64,000 nt of DNA from Octopus vulgaris (GCA_951406725.2 OX597825.1:29512001-29576000), one strand, 5' to 3'. Shown: positions 1 through 15,404, numbered from the stretch's first letter. Numbers and translations are program-made. The notes: a model not told the origin generated them from the letters alone.

Positions 1-3000
1 AAAAAAATAATTCTTCTAAGTTAAAAGCTCTACATATCCAATTCATGTGTGCAATAAAAGAGGAATAAATGTTAGATCAGTAATGAAGCTGGAGCTGATA
101 GTGAAACAAAACAAAATGATGAAGGTTATTTTTGGGTAACCATTAAGAGATCTCAGACTTGTAAAATAATCAGAATCTAAAAGCCATTTTTTTTTCTATT
201 TTTTACTTTTAGTTTCTTTTATCATGTTAAAGTATTTCATTCTAAATAATACTTTGAACGTCTGAAATACTATTCTCATAAAATTCTAGAGTAAAGAACA
301 CAAGGGTTGTCACATTGTATAAAGTATCATCTCAAAAATCACCATCCCTAGAAGAGATTGTTTAAGAAAAATCTTGAGCAAAATTTTCGAGGTTAATTTA
401 AGCTGACTGAACTCTGCTGCTGTTAGTTAAGAAGATCTTAATTATTCCCAGAATGAGAAGACTAATAAAAGATAGTAATGGTTACTGTTCCTGTTACAGA
501 TAAACATTTTCAAAGTATCAAAAGTCACATGAAAACGAAATCCTAGTTCTAGTTTCAAATTATAAACAGATGAAGTTTAAATTTCTCTTGGAATAAGATA
601 CTAGTTTATTGCATGCAACATTACCAAAACAGTATGGAACCTATTGGAGTTAAGAGGAAATAAGGAATTTCTTTCCTAAAAGATCTACAGTGAATTTGAA
701 TATCAAACCCAAGAGGTGTGTAGGTTTATTTCTTGTTCTCTTACATTCAGAAATAGTTAAATCAACTCTTTCAGGTCTAAATTCATGAAAGTTTTAGGTA
801 TAATGTTTTTAAAACTTCTTTCTGAAACTCATCTGTATTCTTGGTTATAAAAATATAGTAACATGACATGCCTACTGTAACAATATTGCTCTAGAGTTGC
901 TGTTTCATGAATAAATTGCTACAAAACTAATTATTTTCATTTGAAATACTAAATTAACTGAGAAAAGTTATGAAGGTATGTGTAACTATGTCATAAAATC
1001 AGAACAGTAAAATTTTACTTGATCGAACAAAATAAAAGACATTTCTACAGAGAACTGAAATACAACATTCCTTGAATGAGCATGGGGCAACAACTTGTAG
1101 CAGCCCTCTTGAGAGAAAAAAAAGTTACCACTTGAGAAAAAAAAATTTATGCCATTGTTGTGAGAATTACAAAAGTCAAATTTGAATTGAGATAAATTTA
1201 AATTTCAAGGGAGATATTTTCCACTAAGTTTCTTAAACTCAGAAGATATATATGTTCTATGAGACTTGAAAGGTAAAGATTTAATTTAAATGCTTGGAGA
1301 ATTATCAAACTGAATTTTGTTATTTTTACCATGTGTCTAAATTACTTTTTGCCATAATAAGTCTGGGTGAATATGCAGATCAGTTTCTATTTCATCATTT
1401 AATATTTATAAATTTTCATTGAATTATACTTAGCTATTTTGACAAAACTGAAGTTCTTTACTCTTTCTGTCCTGGCAGGATTTGAACTCAGAAATACAAT
1501 ATATTTAAACAATTGTGAATTTTACCAAGTGGGTTTTACCTATCGCAAGGGAATTTTATAGTTTTCTGATGCCTTTTGCATCTATGAGTGGACTATTTTT
1601 GTATTACCTTTGTAGGCACAATGCAGTTTGCATCGTTAGCAAGATATGAACAGTCAACTTCTCAGCTGACTGTACAGCATCCCATAGACCTAGCCATCCA
1701 TGTCACCTTATTTTATGTAACAAATATTCTTTTATACTTTTATTTCATTACTCATTTACCAGCTTCAGTTATTAGACTGCAGCCATACTGGGGCATCATC
1801 TTGAAAGGTTTGATCAATAAAATTGCTGTCAGTACTTATTTTAAAGTCTGGTACTTATTCTATCAATTTCCACTTGTGAACCACTACATTATGTAACATA
1901 AAAGTGAACCCAGTCATAGTCAGATGCACACATAGATGAATGCTTGTAGAGATGGCGAGATTCTGTACAGTTTTTCTCTACCAACATTTCAATCACAAGT
2001 GATGGTCAGCCTTCAGTTTTAGTAGAAGACAATTTCCCAATGTGCCACACAGAATGTAATCAAACATGAAGCTATATGGTTGCAAAATGAACTTGTTAAC
2101 CTCACAACTAGTTTACTACATTGGGTATTGTCCAAATATATTTTCATTGTATTTTCATATTTAATTTCATATTTTCTTTTTTTTTTTTTGTTCCTTGTCT
2201 CAAGAAAAAGTATTTTTAAATGCTGTAAGTGTGATTGCATTGTTTAAGACACCAAGTGAAGTCTGTAAACAATTGCCACCATAATTAACGGTACTTTTGT
2301 TTGATATAAGCAAAAACTATGTAAAATATTAAATAAGTGTTCTATGAAAATTTACTCAATGACTTTTTCCACCCACGAAAACAGCAATGCACTTAAATGA
2401 CCACTAGCCAATAGCCGAGAGCAATGTCCTAATAATGAACATATGTATTTGATTTTGTTTGTTTTTTTTATGTCAATATTGTTAATGATATATTTGTAGT
2501 TCTCATCCACATCATCTATGTTCTACGTCATTAGGAAATGAATAGTATTGACATCAATTGCAGTGGTATATGCAATAATTTTTATTAATGCATTTAAATT
2601 CTCCTCGGCAATAATTACGCAACAGATTTTTACTAAAGCAACAGTGTCTGAACATCATAAAGTTATGATCAAGAGTCACTGGAACTCCCACGCAGAGAAA
2701 GATCTCACCAATTTATGATCGTCATTATAATATATAACTGACAACATGCACACTGTTTACAGCAGCTACGTATTTATTATTGTGGCCTGAATGAAATATA
2801 TTGTGGTGTGAACGACTGTGTTTTGATAATAGGTTGCCAGCCACAAGCAAAGGCTGATGAAGACTGTTGAGTGCTATTGATTGTTCAAGCATGAATAGAT
2901 CTAAGAAAATCAACATTCTATTTACATAACACAGCATGCAACCACACCAGTGCCTTCAAATTAGATGCATGCTTTGACTTTAAAACAATAGAAAGTGAGT

Positions 3001-3839
3001 AGGGTTGGGCGTAGGTGAGAAATCTGATAAAACAGTGGTGTAATGTAGCTTTACAAGGCATTCAACCATTAAGCCAAGTTTTATTACTATTATAGTAGAG
3101 TTACACAGATTCTGTATGAATAAAAGGCTTGGCTCACCTCTTTGTAGATGGTTTGGGAGAGTTTTTATTTTACTATAGACATTGTATTATGATCTTTGAT
3201 CCAGGAACTAACTCTACTTGCTTCAGTCTATCTAGCAGGAAATTAAATTAAATGAAAGGTGAGGTCAGTGGTTCAATACTTGACAGAATCAGTTAATGAG
3301 ATATGTAGTTTGGAGATTGTGATTTTGAAGTTTGACTTCTGTCAAAGTAAACTCTTTGTTTATACATCCTTTTTGGTCAGTGAAGCTGTATCACTCCATC
3401 GATCAAACAGTTTGATTTTGAAACTACATCTTTCAGAAATCCAAAAATACCAGCATACCAAGCTTGCCATATCACACGTTCATGCATATATACTCATGTA
3501 TAAATGTGTATATCTATAATATACATATATATGTGTGTATATATATGTGTGTATATATATATGTATATATATTTAAAGACCTTGAACAAGTGTTTTTATC
3601 ATACCAAGCCAACCAAAGCCTTAAGAGTAGATTTGGTTGAAAATGAACTAAGCTCATCATATATATGTGTGTATGTATATATATATATATATATATATGC
3701 TCCTGTCCCTATATATACATATATATAGATAGATGCACACATATATATTTACATATACATACACATATATTTATATAAACATGTGCATATAGGTTTATAC
3801 TTGTGTGTGTTTATTTATGTTTGTGTGTGTGTGTGTATA

Positions 3840-4566
3840 CAGGCTGCGATGGGCAAATTGTCTCCATTTTATATTTTTAATTTCACACGTGCGCACATCG
3901 TTTGTTTTTGATTTTGTCTTCTACACAGTATAGTAGGGTCAGTTGCACACCCTCTGTGAGAAAAACAGCACCACGATGTTATTCACTTTGTCAGAAATAT
4001 GGAAAAAAGCATCCTGTACTGCTTGGCATTCATGCCAGAAGCTCCAGTATGAACATTTGGTGTCAATATGATGACAGTGCAGAGGATTCAGAAAGAGTTG
4101 GATGAGTCTAATGGTGAATACAAAGGTATGGCAGCTTGGAAAACTCACTCTGATAAGAAAATAACTCCTGAATTTGTTGTTGAGATCCAGGCCACAAATG
4201 CCAACGATCCCTCCAAGTCAGTCAGGTCGATCTCCAGGGACATAAGAGTGCCTAAGTTTCTTATTAGACAGCAAGTGCATGAAGACATACAATATTCCTC
4301 ATATGAGACCAGAAAAGGCCAATTTTTATTCCAAGCCATCAAGAACAAGAGAAAAGATTGGGCTACAAATCTTTTGAACAAATTCAAGCATGCTTTATTG
4401 TTTTTTACTCTCAGTATAGGCTTTGGGGACACGGCAAGCCAACAGTTGTTTTGTATTTAGTATTTCAAGGTATTTTAATGTAATTTTCATAAATATATCT
4501 GTTAAAATGAGATGTCAGTGTTATTTTTATTTTGCATAATTTAGACAATTTATTCACCGCACCTTG
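3840..4566 (+). mobile_element. Degenerate Tc1/mariner-superfamily DNA transposon (internally deleted) with transposase N-terminal remnant
   Basis: Imperfect TIRs: caggctgcgatgggcaaattgtc at ~3840 vs reverse complement of gacaatttattcaccgcaccttg at ~4544-4566. ORF 4068-4460 reads like a Tc1/maT HTH-linker region (DPSKSVRSISRDIRV..LIRQQVHEDIQYSSY..RKGQFL..KRKD). Confidence 0.7.
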
Positions 4567-4579
4567 CATATATGTATAT

Positions 4580-4622
<43 letters not shown>

Positions 4623-4829
4623 TATATTGGTATATATATATATATATAATGGAAATATTAAAATTACTAAGTCTCTCTAAAAGCTGACCTCCCTTGTTCG
4701 AAGGTTTATAATGGACGCAGTTTGTGTGTCAAATAGCTAGCTTAAGGCGATGGCTTCATGGAGCTAATCAGCGACAGCTTTAGTCTTATATTTATAAGAC
4801 TGCCATTTTAGTATGGCGATAACTATTAA

Positions 4830-4860
<31 letters not shown>

Positions 4861-4914
4861 ATTTCTGTATGTGTATGTGTGTGCTTATATATATATGTGC
4901 GTGTGTGTGTGTGT

Positions 4915-4951
<37 letters not shown>

Positions 4952-6011
4952 ATGTATGTATATATATGTATGTATTTTATATCATGCTATGTATTATATA
5001 TATATACATGAATTTCTCTCTGTCTTCTCCCTGTCGCATATATTCTGAGACTGATATATTTAAACTGACGGTAGTTACAAACATGCACACACTCAAATAA
5101 ACATGCATGCATAGATAATCACTATTATCCATTTGCCTTTACATATATATAACAAAAGAGGTTGCATAATTCTGTTTACATAAAAGACTATTCGAGAATT
5201 ACATAGCAAGAGGGGTTGGAGGGTGGATGCATGTGGTGCATTTGTGGGTGGAAGGAATATTCCAAAGTGTTAAAGTCATGAACATTTCTCCAAATGATTC
5301 TTGTCAGAATTCTTATTCTGAAACAATAACAAGAACAGTAACAACAGCAACAACAACAACAATAACAACATCACACCACAGATCACAAATTCTTTGAATA
5401 AAATTTATTCAAGAAAGCATTTTCTCCATCATTCTAAATTCTTTGATTCTTTTGTTTTGTTTTCTTTTATGTTTCGCTTTAGAATATTTATTTTATATTT
5501 TTTTTATTAATTATTTCTATTTTTACTTATTTATTTATTTTGTTCGTTACACCTGTAGGGCTTCTGTCACAGCATTGATTACAATAATTTAGCAAAGAAA
5601 GTGTGCTAGGGTTCGACTTTAAATTTGGTAATTACATTCTGTTTATGGCATTCTTGGCTGGAAATTAATCCTACGGCTAGCAATCATGTGTCATCACAAG
5701 GCTAATGAATGACTAATTAAAGTCAAGAATTCTATTCAAATTAAAACAAATATTAATTGTGTCTCTTAATGTTCAATATTTTTTTTAATCACTCCTCACC
5801 ACAGCAATTTACTGGGTTTTTTTTCCCCTCAATTCTTTTCTGTGGTTTTGGTGTTTGATAATTTTATATGATACACAGACACATACACACACACACAAAC
5901 ACACAGACATGTATCTAATATGCCCAAACACATACTTAAATGAGCATGCATTCACACAAACATCCATGCAGACAAGTGTGCAGATACACAAGCCAAGTAA
6001 TCACTCACACA

Positions 6012-6037
6012 GATGATGATGATGATGATGGTGGTGG

Positions 6038-6091
<54 letters not shown>

Positions 6092-6154
6092 CAATGATTA
6101 TGATATTGATGATGACAATGATGATGATGATGATGATGATGACGATGACGATGA

Positions 6155-6185
<31 letters not shown>

Positions 6186-6231
6186 GATGATGACGACGAC
6201 GACGATGATAATGATGATGATGGTGATGATA

Positions 6232-6266
<35 letters not shown>

Positions 6267-6310
6267 CATCATCATCATCATCACCATCACCATCACCATC
6301 ATCCTCATCA
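6012..6310. repeat. (GAT)n/(CAT)n microsatellite
   Basis: Directly visible; explains the poly-D/M/I/H ORFs 5940-6464. Confidence 0.95.
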
Positions 6311-7460
6311 TTGCATGTGCTTTTTCCATGCTTGCATGGTTAGGACAAGGCCTTTCCAACACAGTGTAACACTGGTTGCGGTATACTTTTGTCATCAGTT
6401 TTGTGAAATGACAAAATGAGTGCAGCAATTGATTAGAATATTTATGATTTGTCAATGTGAACAATATTAGAATACCATTTAGTAAACAACAAATAAAGAA
6501 GTGGTAATATGTGTGAAAACCACTGACGGCATTTGAACCTCACATCCTTTGCTCACTGGGTAATAACACTAAGTTTTGTATTATGCAAGGCTTAAAATTG
6601 TTCTTGGTATGTGTATGTTTGTAATGTTTTACAAATTTATTTGTTCATTATATAAAGTATTGGTAGAAATTATTTTGACATCATTTACTATAACTAACGT
6701 CTCAAATTTGAAGTATGAAAAAAAAAACCTTTTGTCAGCCAAGCAGACTGATAGTGCCAACAAAATCTCCTGTGTTGTTAATTGTCAAAAACAATAATGA
6801 CTGTAGGAATCTTTGACAATATCATTAACTGTGAGTTCCTGAATTTCACCTGTCATGTTGTCTAAAATATTTAATCAAGTGATAGGTACACTTGATTAAA
6901 ACAATTTCTCTAGGTTTTATTGCTACTTATGTTATTGAAATTAAAATGATAATAAAAGTCAGCTGAATCCAATTAAATTTAAACTAAATACTGATATAAA
7001 AATAGGAAATTAATTAGTCTACTATATTGTGTTTGATTTTTAATATTACCTGTCATTTTGCCATTTTCACCTATTTCTGTTGAATATAAGTGTCTTTTGA
7101 TATTCTCTTTAATCTTTTATCCTTTATTTGTTTCCTACTTTGGACTACAGCCATGCTAAGGCACTGCCTTAAAGGGTTTTAGGGGAACAAATTAATCTCT
7201 GTGCATTTAAGTCTGGCACAGTATAATGGTCTCCATTGCTGAACTGTTAGGTTACCGGGATGTAAACAAACCAACATAAGTTGTCAAGCTGAGGAGGATA
7301 AACACAAAAGACACACACACAGATACACACACACACACGCATGCACACACACATGCATGCACACACACATACATACACACATAGTTTTTGCTTTTTACAT
7401 GAATGAGGAATAATGAAAGGTCTTACTTCAAATGTTACAATTTTTCTTACATAGTCAAGA

Positions 7461-7497
7461 CTATTGAAAAGGTTGCAAGACACAATGAAAATTTTAG
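7461..7497 (+). ncRNA. Degenerate minimal type I hammerhead-like motif, U3-A8 core variant, in a short PLE-terminus-like repeat (~7450-7595)
   Basis: cta | TTGAAAA | g gttgc aagac acaat | GAA AATT T | tag. Stem I is only 3 bp, stem III is the palindrome AATT, and the stem II mismatches fit CpG decay of gcaacg. The downstream sequence is homologous to the arms of the palindrome at 27816-28002. Confidence 0.5.
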
Positions 7498-8084
7498 GAA
7501 AATAAAAATAAGAAATAAGTGGAAATTTTACCAGTGAGTGTGTTGTAGTATAAAGCACAAAAAGAAAATGACTCTCCCCAGACACAACAGAATATTACAT
7601 TTATTAACATTATTTAAATGTTATGCTTGACCTGTGTTGGTCTTTGACAGAGATTTCAAAGTAGCTGCTTTCAATACCTATCACTATGGAATTAGCAATG
7701 AAAGTGAATGGAGATGGAATAATTTCTTTTAGAATTTGAAACTAGAATGTACACTCAGCTCAGAGGAATGCCATCACTATTCTATAGAACCTACTTCAAG
7801 AACTCATGGAATAAAACTAAGGATCAAAAGAGCCTCAAAGGGTCAAAAGATCATTTCTCAAATTCTGTGGTGTATCTGTTCTTCCCCTGGATAGGACACC
7901 AGCCCATCACAGGATTATTAACTTTTGCCAGTTCAGTGGACTGGAGCAACATGAAATGATGTGTTTTGCTCAAGAACATAACACATTGCCCAATCCAAGA
8001 ATTGAAACCACTGTCTTATGATTATGAGTGCAACACCCTAACCACTAAACCACATTCCCTCACACCTCAACAAATGAGACTGGC

Positions 8085-8298
8085 TTCAAACTTTGGTTTA
8101 AGACCAGTAATTTTGGCGGAGGAGGCAGGTCAGTTATATCGACCTCAGTACGCAACTGGTAATTATTTTATCGACACTGAAATGGACGAAGAACAAAGTC
8201 GACCTCAGGGAAATTTGAATTCAGAAATCATAAAGACAGACATAATGCTGCTAATCGTTTAGTCTAGTGTGTTAATGATTCTTCCAGCTCACCACCCT
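8085..8298 (-). mobile_element. SINE family B copy, degenerate
   Basis: Reverse-strand match to the copies at 28442 and 44949 (aaagtcgacctc..gaaatttgaattcagaa; ccagctcaccacc). Confidence 0.7.
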
Positions 8299-9211
8299 GC
8301 TTCTGTAGATAATACTGAAGAAATATCATAGCAGGAACTGTAACCAAAATTCAATTTTTACTATGAAATAGAATTGTTTTGTGAAAACCAAAGAACTTCA
8401 ATAGTTGTATTACCAAAAGTGCATCCTAGTTTTATTTATTAATTTCCTGTATTTTTTCAAGAGGCTTTGTTGGTTTCTCTTTTCCTACTCTATTCCTCGT
8501 TCTCTTTTTGCGCAGGCAATACCACAGCATTCTATATCCTATTTTTTAATTTTAGCATTAATATACACCCAAACCACATTGCATATATAAATGAAAAACA
8601 TACAAAATGTACATACATATATATCATACAAATGCCCTTTTAGAGACAAATTTTGAATTACATTATAATAAATATATCTTATTTCTGAAGTATTTTTCTC
8701 TTTCTTTGTTTATAGAACACCACTCCCTCCCTTCACCCTTGCCCTCAAACAGAAATACTCAAGATTTGTTCAAACATTTTTTTCCTCCTGCTGGTAGTGC
8801 AGAGAAATTGAAATTATGTTGTGTTGTTATAAGCTAACTTTCAACCCCCAAAGGTAATAAAACGAAATGTAATGGATATGGTAATTAGTGACTATTCATT
8901 CTTTTGACCACAAACTCCTTCAGATTATGATATACAAAAATATGACTTTGAGGAGAATGTTTTTGTAATGTAAATACAAAGTAAGTAGGAATAGAATTTA
9001 ATAAACAGATATTGTGATACATAAATATTTATTGGTTGCCATTGGGCAGTGTCACTCCTTATGGAATGGTTATTAAGAAATATTAATCTTCAAGGCCATG
9101 TATTTGGTTTTGATGTGATTGTAGTCAATCTAATTCTAAACCACATGTACAAGAACTGGGATTCATATAATAAACAATTCTCTCCTGGCAAAATTTGAGG
9201 TCTTTTGCCAT

Positions 9212-9625
<414 letters not shown>

Positions 9626-10245
9626 AAAAAAAGGAAATGTGTACCCAAAATAAAACTCTGTGTTTACAATTGGTGCTGTTAAATTTCACACTTGCTCAGG
9701 GAGAAAAAAGATTTCATATGTAAGTACACAAGTGTAATTGGTTGTTTTTTGTTTCTACCATTATATGAAAGTCATAAGCAAGGTGAACAGTCATTTAGTG
9801 TCGGGGTATATTAAGAAGGAGGAATTAATATGAAAGGAATGAATTTTCTTTAGACTCAAAGAGATGGAAGAGAGTTCCAAAGGCTGGCAGTTCAAGGATA
9901 AAAACTACAACTGTTGAAAGACTGTTTATTTGTGAAAGAATCTGGATGAAGATATTGTCAGTTTCGAATTTGGTGAAATGGCACAAAGCGCCAAGGAAAT
10001 GAAATCTTATAATTGTCAAGAAGCTTACTAGAAGTAGTTTAACAGTTTCTGTTGCATAGCATCCTTTTTTTCATGTTTTGATTTGGAGAAAGGCTCTGCA
10101 CCCATGGCCTTTGCAGGGCTTCTGATTTTGAAGTGATGGAAAAGACAGAACATGGAAACATGTACATACATACATACATATATATACACATACACATATA
10201 TATATGTACATATACATACATGTATACATATATGCATGCGCGCGT

Positions 10246-10295
<50 letters not shown>

Positions 10296-10849
10296 ATATA
10301 AGTATGTATGTTTGTATGAATATATCTATATATACCCACATTCATACATATATGAACAACAATGATATAAAAAATACCATTCAGATTTTTAAACTCATTC
10401 TATGGCAATATTTTTGTATCCTTCAAGGCAACAAAAACATAATAGTATTATTGTTCTTTGATGAATGAGATTTTATTTTAATTTTGTCTTTTACCGGATC
10501 CAGAAAGTAAATCCTTTAAAAGATTATATAAATGATTCCTCTGAAATAATGCCATCAAATGCAAAGTGTGATGAGAGAGAGAAATAGAGAGATAGATAGA
10601 GGGAGAGAGAGAGAGAGAATAGAGGGTAGAGAAAGAAATTTATGAATCCACATTTTGCATCAGTTAAATAAAATAAAAGGATTAATTATGCAGAAGTAAT
10701 ACCACATGAAAAAATATAAAATAATTTCATTCTAATTAGATTATCTACCATTACAAATATAAATACATGATATATACCTGTGTATGTATTGTATGTATGT
10801 ATAGACCCAAGAGTCATCTTCATAGTCATAAAGTGAGACAGATGAGTGA

Positions 10850-11130
10850 CAACCTGGCCACTGGTGGTGGTGTAACACACCATACTAATCATATCTGTCA
10901 GGCATGTAGAAGAGAGTGTAATTCGGCAGGAGGACTTAAATGACATGCAAAGGTACATGAAGCCCAGTTACAACTACAGTCGGCTATTACCGGTAAAGGT
11001 TTTAGCTGCCAATTCTGTACAAGACATTGTAGATCTTTAGCTGGGCTAAAAAGTCACATTCGATCACAGCATCAATAACAGTTAAGCTTCGTGCAATGGC
11101 CATACTCAATAACGAGGGGGCAGCCATCAT
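10850..11130 (+). mobile_element. 3' fragment of a non-LTR retrotransposon (RTE-like) with C-terminal C2H2 motif
   Basis: 10998-11078 translates GFSCQFCTRHCRSLAGLKSHIRSQHQ*, the CxxC..C.S..GL.SH.R.H end typical of RTE-group ORF2, followed by a short 3' UTR and a repeat tail. Confidence 0.7.
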
Positions 11131-11402
11131 GTATGTATGTATGTATTATGCATATTTCTTACAGGGAAAAAATTGACAGTTGCTTCAAAATGTAGTTTTC
11201 ATCAGAGTGTAAATGACTTGGGTTTTCCAATTCTTCCAAAATTTCTGGAAGAATAATGTAGTTTTATAGTATTTTTGGGCTACAAAACTACTTGTCTCTC
11301 TCTTGTACAAAAATAGACTATTACATCACACCTAACCTTCAATCGAATGTTCTGCAGTTTTTATACATAAAAACAAATTTTAATCTATGTGCATGCATAC
11401 AT

Positions 11403-11450
<48 letters not shown>

Positions 11451-14126
11451 GTATATGTACATGCACACATATGCATACACATATATACACACACACATAT
11501 GTATACTAATATGTATTTTGAGAGATTGCCAGACAGACAGAGTGACAGAGAGAGTGTGGGGAAAGAAAAATCATTGATTCTTTCTATCAATGTATAAGGC
11601 AAGCTAAGTGTTTGAAATAAAGCTTGCTTTGAAATATTTGAGTTCTGAAAAGCAGAAATTTGAATTTAGGTCTTGCCCACTTATTCTTTCTTTGTCTTAA
11701 TGAATGAAGTGTTATGTGATAACCAGGGTGAGATAACCATGTTAAATGTTTGGTTAAAATTTCATAATTCCTGATAAAGCTGACTAGTACCGTGAAATAA
11801 AAGTAAGTGCCCAAGGAGGAAAATCTATGACTTACATTTAAGGTTTTTATTCTTTTTAAACCACTTTGAAAAAAATATGAAATTCTTTGAAAAATTTGAA
11901 AGTTATAACTGACACCATGGCATTGTTGTTTTTTGTTGTTGCTTTTTTTTTGCCAATATTTCTAAAAAGTTGTTTGATATTTAATATATACCATGATAAT
12001 GCATTTCACACAAGCATTAAAGTGTTATTCAATTAAGTGAATAAAGAAGGAAGGGGGTGACCCAACAAATGAAAAACAAAAATATATAAATAAAATAAAA
12101 TAAAATAAAATAAAAGGCAAAACTTCTGACAGTTTACAAGACACAGTTTAAAATTTGAACGTTAATCTTTATAGAAAATGTTTATAGGTTTCCTTTGCTA
12201 TTTTGCCACTAAAATAATATTATTTATTTTTTTGTTTGTGTGTGTGAGTGTGTTTTCATTTTCGTATCTTTCATTCACAAGAAAGCAAATCTAATTACAG
12301 AGATCTTATGAATAATTATGAATGCTTCAACGGATATTTTCATCAATACAGTTGCTTCAGTCTGTGTTTGTTACAGAAACCAAAAATTGCTAATATACAA
12401 AAAAAAAAAAAAAACCCAAAAAACATAGAACTTTATATTTTCTTCTTTCATGATATTTCAAATTAAGTATGTGCATAGAAGTTTACTCAGATGAACCAGA
12501 TTTTCTAGGAATGTCACAAGTGATAATTTAAATATTATTAGATTAATGCCTTGAAACTAAGACTGAATAACTGTTTAAGAATCCTTTGGGACATATGTAG
12601 TATTTCTTTCTTCTGGTGTTGTTATGTAGACATTAGATCTGATCTATATTGTAGACATTATATCTGATCTATGTTCAGTTGATCAACTAGGTTAGACCTA
12701 CATATCTATATTTCTGTTGTATTTATTTGTGATATATTTGCTTGATATTCTGTTTTTCTCATTCTCAAAGACATGAGAGATATGTCCTAATTAGGGAGAG
12801 AATAACATTTTGTAACAAAAATAAAATAAATTATTATCTTTTGTCAGTGAAATTTGGAATAAAACTGGAGTGAAATGAATGTGTGTGTGTGTGTGTGTGT
12901 GTGTGCGTAGGTGTGTATATAGGCAGATAAATGACAATGTAGATCATAAGCCCACTTCCCGATCACATGATTGATTTCAGCCACTGTGTGGCACTTTCTA
13001 CTATAGCGCTGAACAGACCAAAGCCTTCTGAGTAGATTTGGTAGCTGTAGTTGAAACACATACACACACAAACTTAAACACACACACACACACTTACACA
13101 CACATGCACATACATACTTACACACACATGCACATACATACTTACACACACACACACACTTACACAAACACACATACTTACACACACACACACTTACACA
13201 AACTTACACACACTTATACACACACATACACAAACTTACACACACACACACTTACACACACACACACACACATACTTACACACACACATGCACATGGTTT
13301 CATGTACATATCCAAGTTTCCATGTTTCTATAGTCATATACATTTTTGTGTGTGTGTGTTGTGTGTGTGTGTGTGTGTGTCTGTGTCTGTGTGTATAAAG
13401 CTACTTTTCTTCAAAAAATGTTATTCTTGATGTTCAGCAGCAAAGATTTTTCTAAAATGAAAGAGAGCAAAATTCTTTCTTCAAAAATGAATAAGCAGAA
13501 AATCCAAAACATTGAACGGTATAATGTGAAAAACAAAATCATTAATATTCCTATAGCAGACTAATTTAATTTGGAACTTGCTAAATTATGGAAATCAATG
13601 TATTCGACAGAATTAATGTTTATAGAGATAAGGGAATGATGACATTTAGCTACATAATTAATTGCATATACAGAAAACAATCATTCTTAAGAAACGTGTA
13701 TGTAAATAGAAAAAAAAAATACCATTAACCAGGAAGAAAATAAAAATAATCATTGATTTATTTATATTTTTCTTTATTTTTTTTAATGTTCTTTTCTTCT
13801 TATTTGTTACTTGCATCTTGCTGTTTTGATCGTTGTTGTGGTAATAGCTGTTGCTGTTGCTGTTGTTATTGTTGTTGTTAGTCTTGTTCTTTTTTATCAT
13901 CATTGTTTTCATCGTCAACATCATCATCATCATCATTATCATTGCCATTATGATCATAACCTTGTGCAGTTTTTTTTGCCTGGATTCAAGCAGGGGGCCC
14001 ATTCCTTATCCATCTTTATCTCTTCTCTTGCTCTTTCTATCATCTTTCTTTCTCTCTTTCTATATATATATGTGTGTGTGTTTGTGTGTATGTGTGCATG
14101 AGTGTGTGTATGTGTGTGTGTATATG

Positions 14127-14162
<36 letters not shown>

Positions 14163-14359
14163 CTATCTATATTTATAATATAGATATATATTTATGTGTA
14201 TATATATATATATATACATGTGCGCATACACACATGTATATATATACATATGTATCTGTAAATGTGTGTGTGTGTGTGTATATGCACACACATATGATAC
14301 ATGTTTGTGTACATGTGTGTGTATGTGTCTTTTGTCTTTTGTTTGTTTCAGTGGGAGCT

Positions 14360-14750
14360 CTGCCTTATAGAATTGTAGTCAAACAAATTGACCCCTGTAT
14401 ATATTATTTTTCTAACTCTAGTACTTATTTTATTGGTCTATTTTGCCGAATTGCTAAGTTATGTAAACACACCAGTACCAGATATCATGCAGTGGTGAGG
14501 TCCAAACACTGACACAGCGACACACAAACACACACACATACATACATACATACATACATACATACATACATACATACATACATACATACATACATACATA
14601 CATACATACATACATACATACACACATACATATATGACAGGCTTCTTTCAGTTTCTGTCTTTGGTCAGCCTGATGCTATAGTAGAAGACACTTGCCCAAG
14701 ATTCCCTGCAGTAGGACAGAACCCCAAAGCAAACTTCTTACCACACATCC
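14360..14750 (-). mobile_element. SINE family A copy with internal (CATA)n
   Basis: gctatagtagaagacacttgcccaag...cttcttaccacac is the reverse complement of the family A head. Confidence 0.8.
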
Positions 14751-14944
14751 ACACTTTCACCTATGAGAAATATAAATTTGTATATACATAAGTTTGTGTA
14801 TGTTTATGTATGTATATATATGTATATACATGTTTATAATGCACATCTATCTATCTGTCTATCAGTCTATCTGTCTGTCTGTCTGTCTGTCTCTATATCT
14901 ATGTGTCATTTATGTATGTATATGTATCTCTCTCTCTCTCTCTC

Positions 14945-14986
<42 letters not shown>

Positions 14987-15342
14987 TGAAAAGTGCTTGT
15001 GAGGTGCCATGTAAAATCGCCCATGTAGCACCATGTAGAAGTAGCTATGTGATGCTATGTGAAAGCACCTGTGTGACACCACTTAAAAGTGCCTGTGCAG
15101 TGCCGTGTAAAAGCACCTGTGTGGTGTTACATAAAAGCACCCAGTACTCTCTGTAAAGTGGTTGACATTAGGAAGAACGTCCAGCCAAAGAAACCACATC
15201 ACAACAGACTGGCATCTGGTGCAGCATGCCAGATCTGGTCACAACAACCAGCTTATGTCAGCATGGACAATGGACATTAAACAATGATGATGCATATATA
15301 CATACATACATACATACATACATACATACATACATACATACA

Positions 15343-15404
<62 letters not shown>

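Noticed and set aside
1-960. Possible decayed transposase-like coding sequence
   Set aside because: No sustained ORF or recognisable motif by eye.
2854-2915. ctgatga...gaaa as a hammerhead
   Set aside because: No supporting stems I-III.
5940-6464. Poly-Asp/His/Met/Ile ORFs (also 19196-19642, 21422-22255, 23976-24359, 45447-45780, 52203-52652)
   Set aside because: Translations of (GAT)n/(AAT)n microsatellites, open in several frames; many are expanded retroposon tails.
10998-11078. C2H2 zinc-finger host gene exon
   Set aside because: Single finger followed by a stop, short UTR and repeat tail, typical of an RTE-type LINE ORF2 end.
14990-15145. Repeated aaaagcacc-type units resembling a CRISPR array
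   Set aside because: Degenerate ~22-bp tandem units without unique spacers, part of the retroposon family seen at 24570; eukaryotic context with no cas genes.
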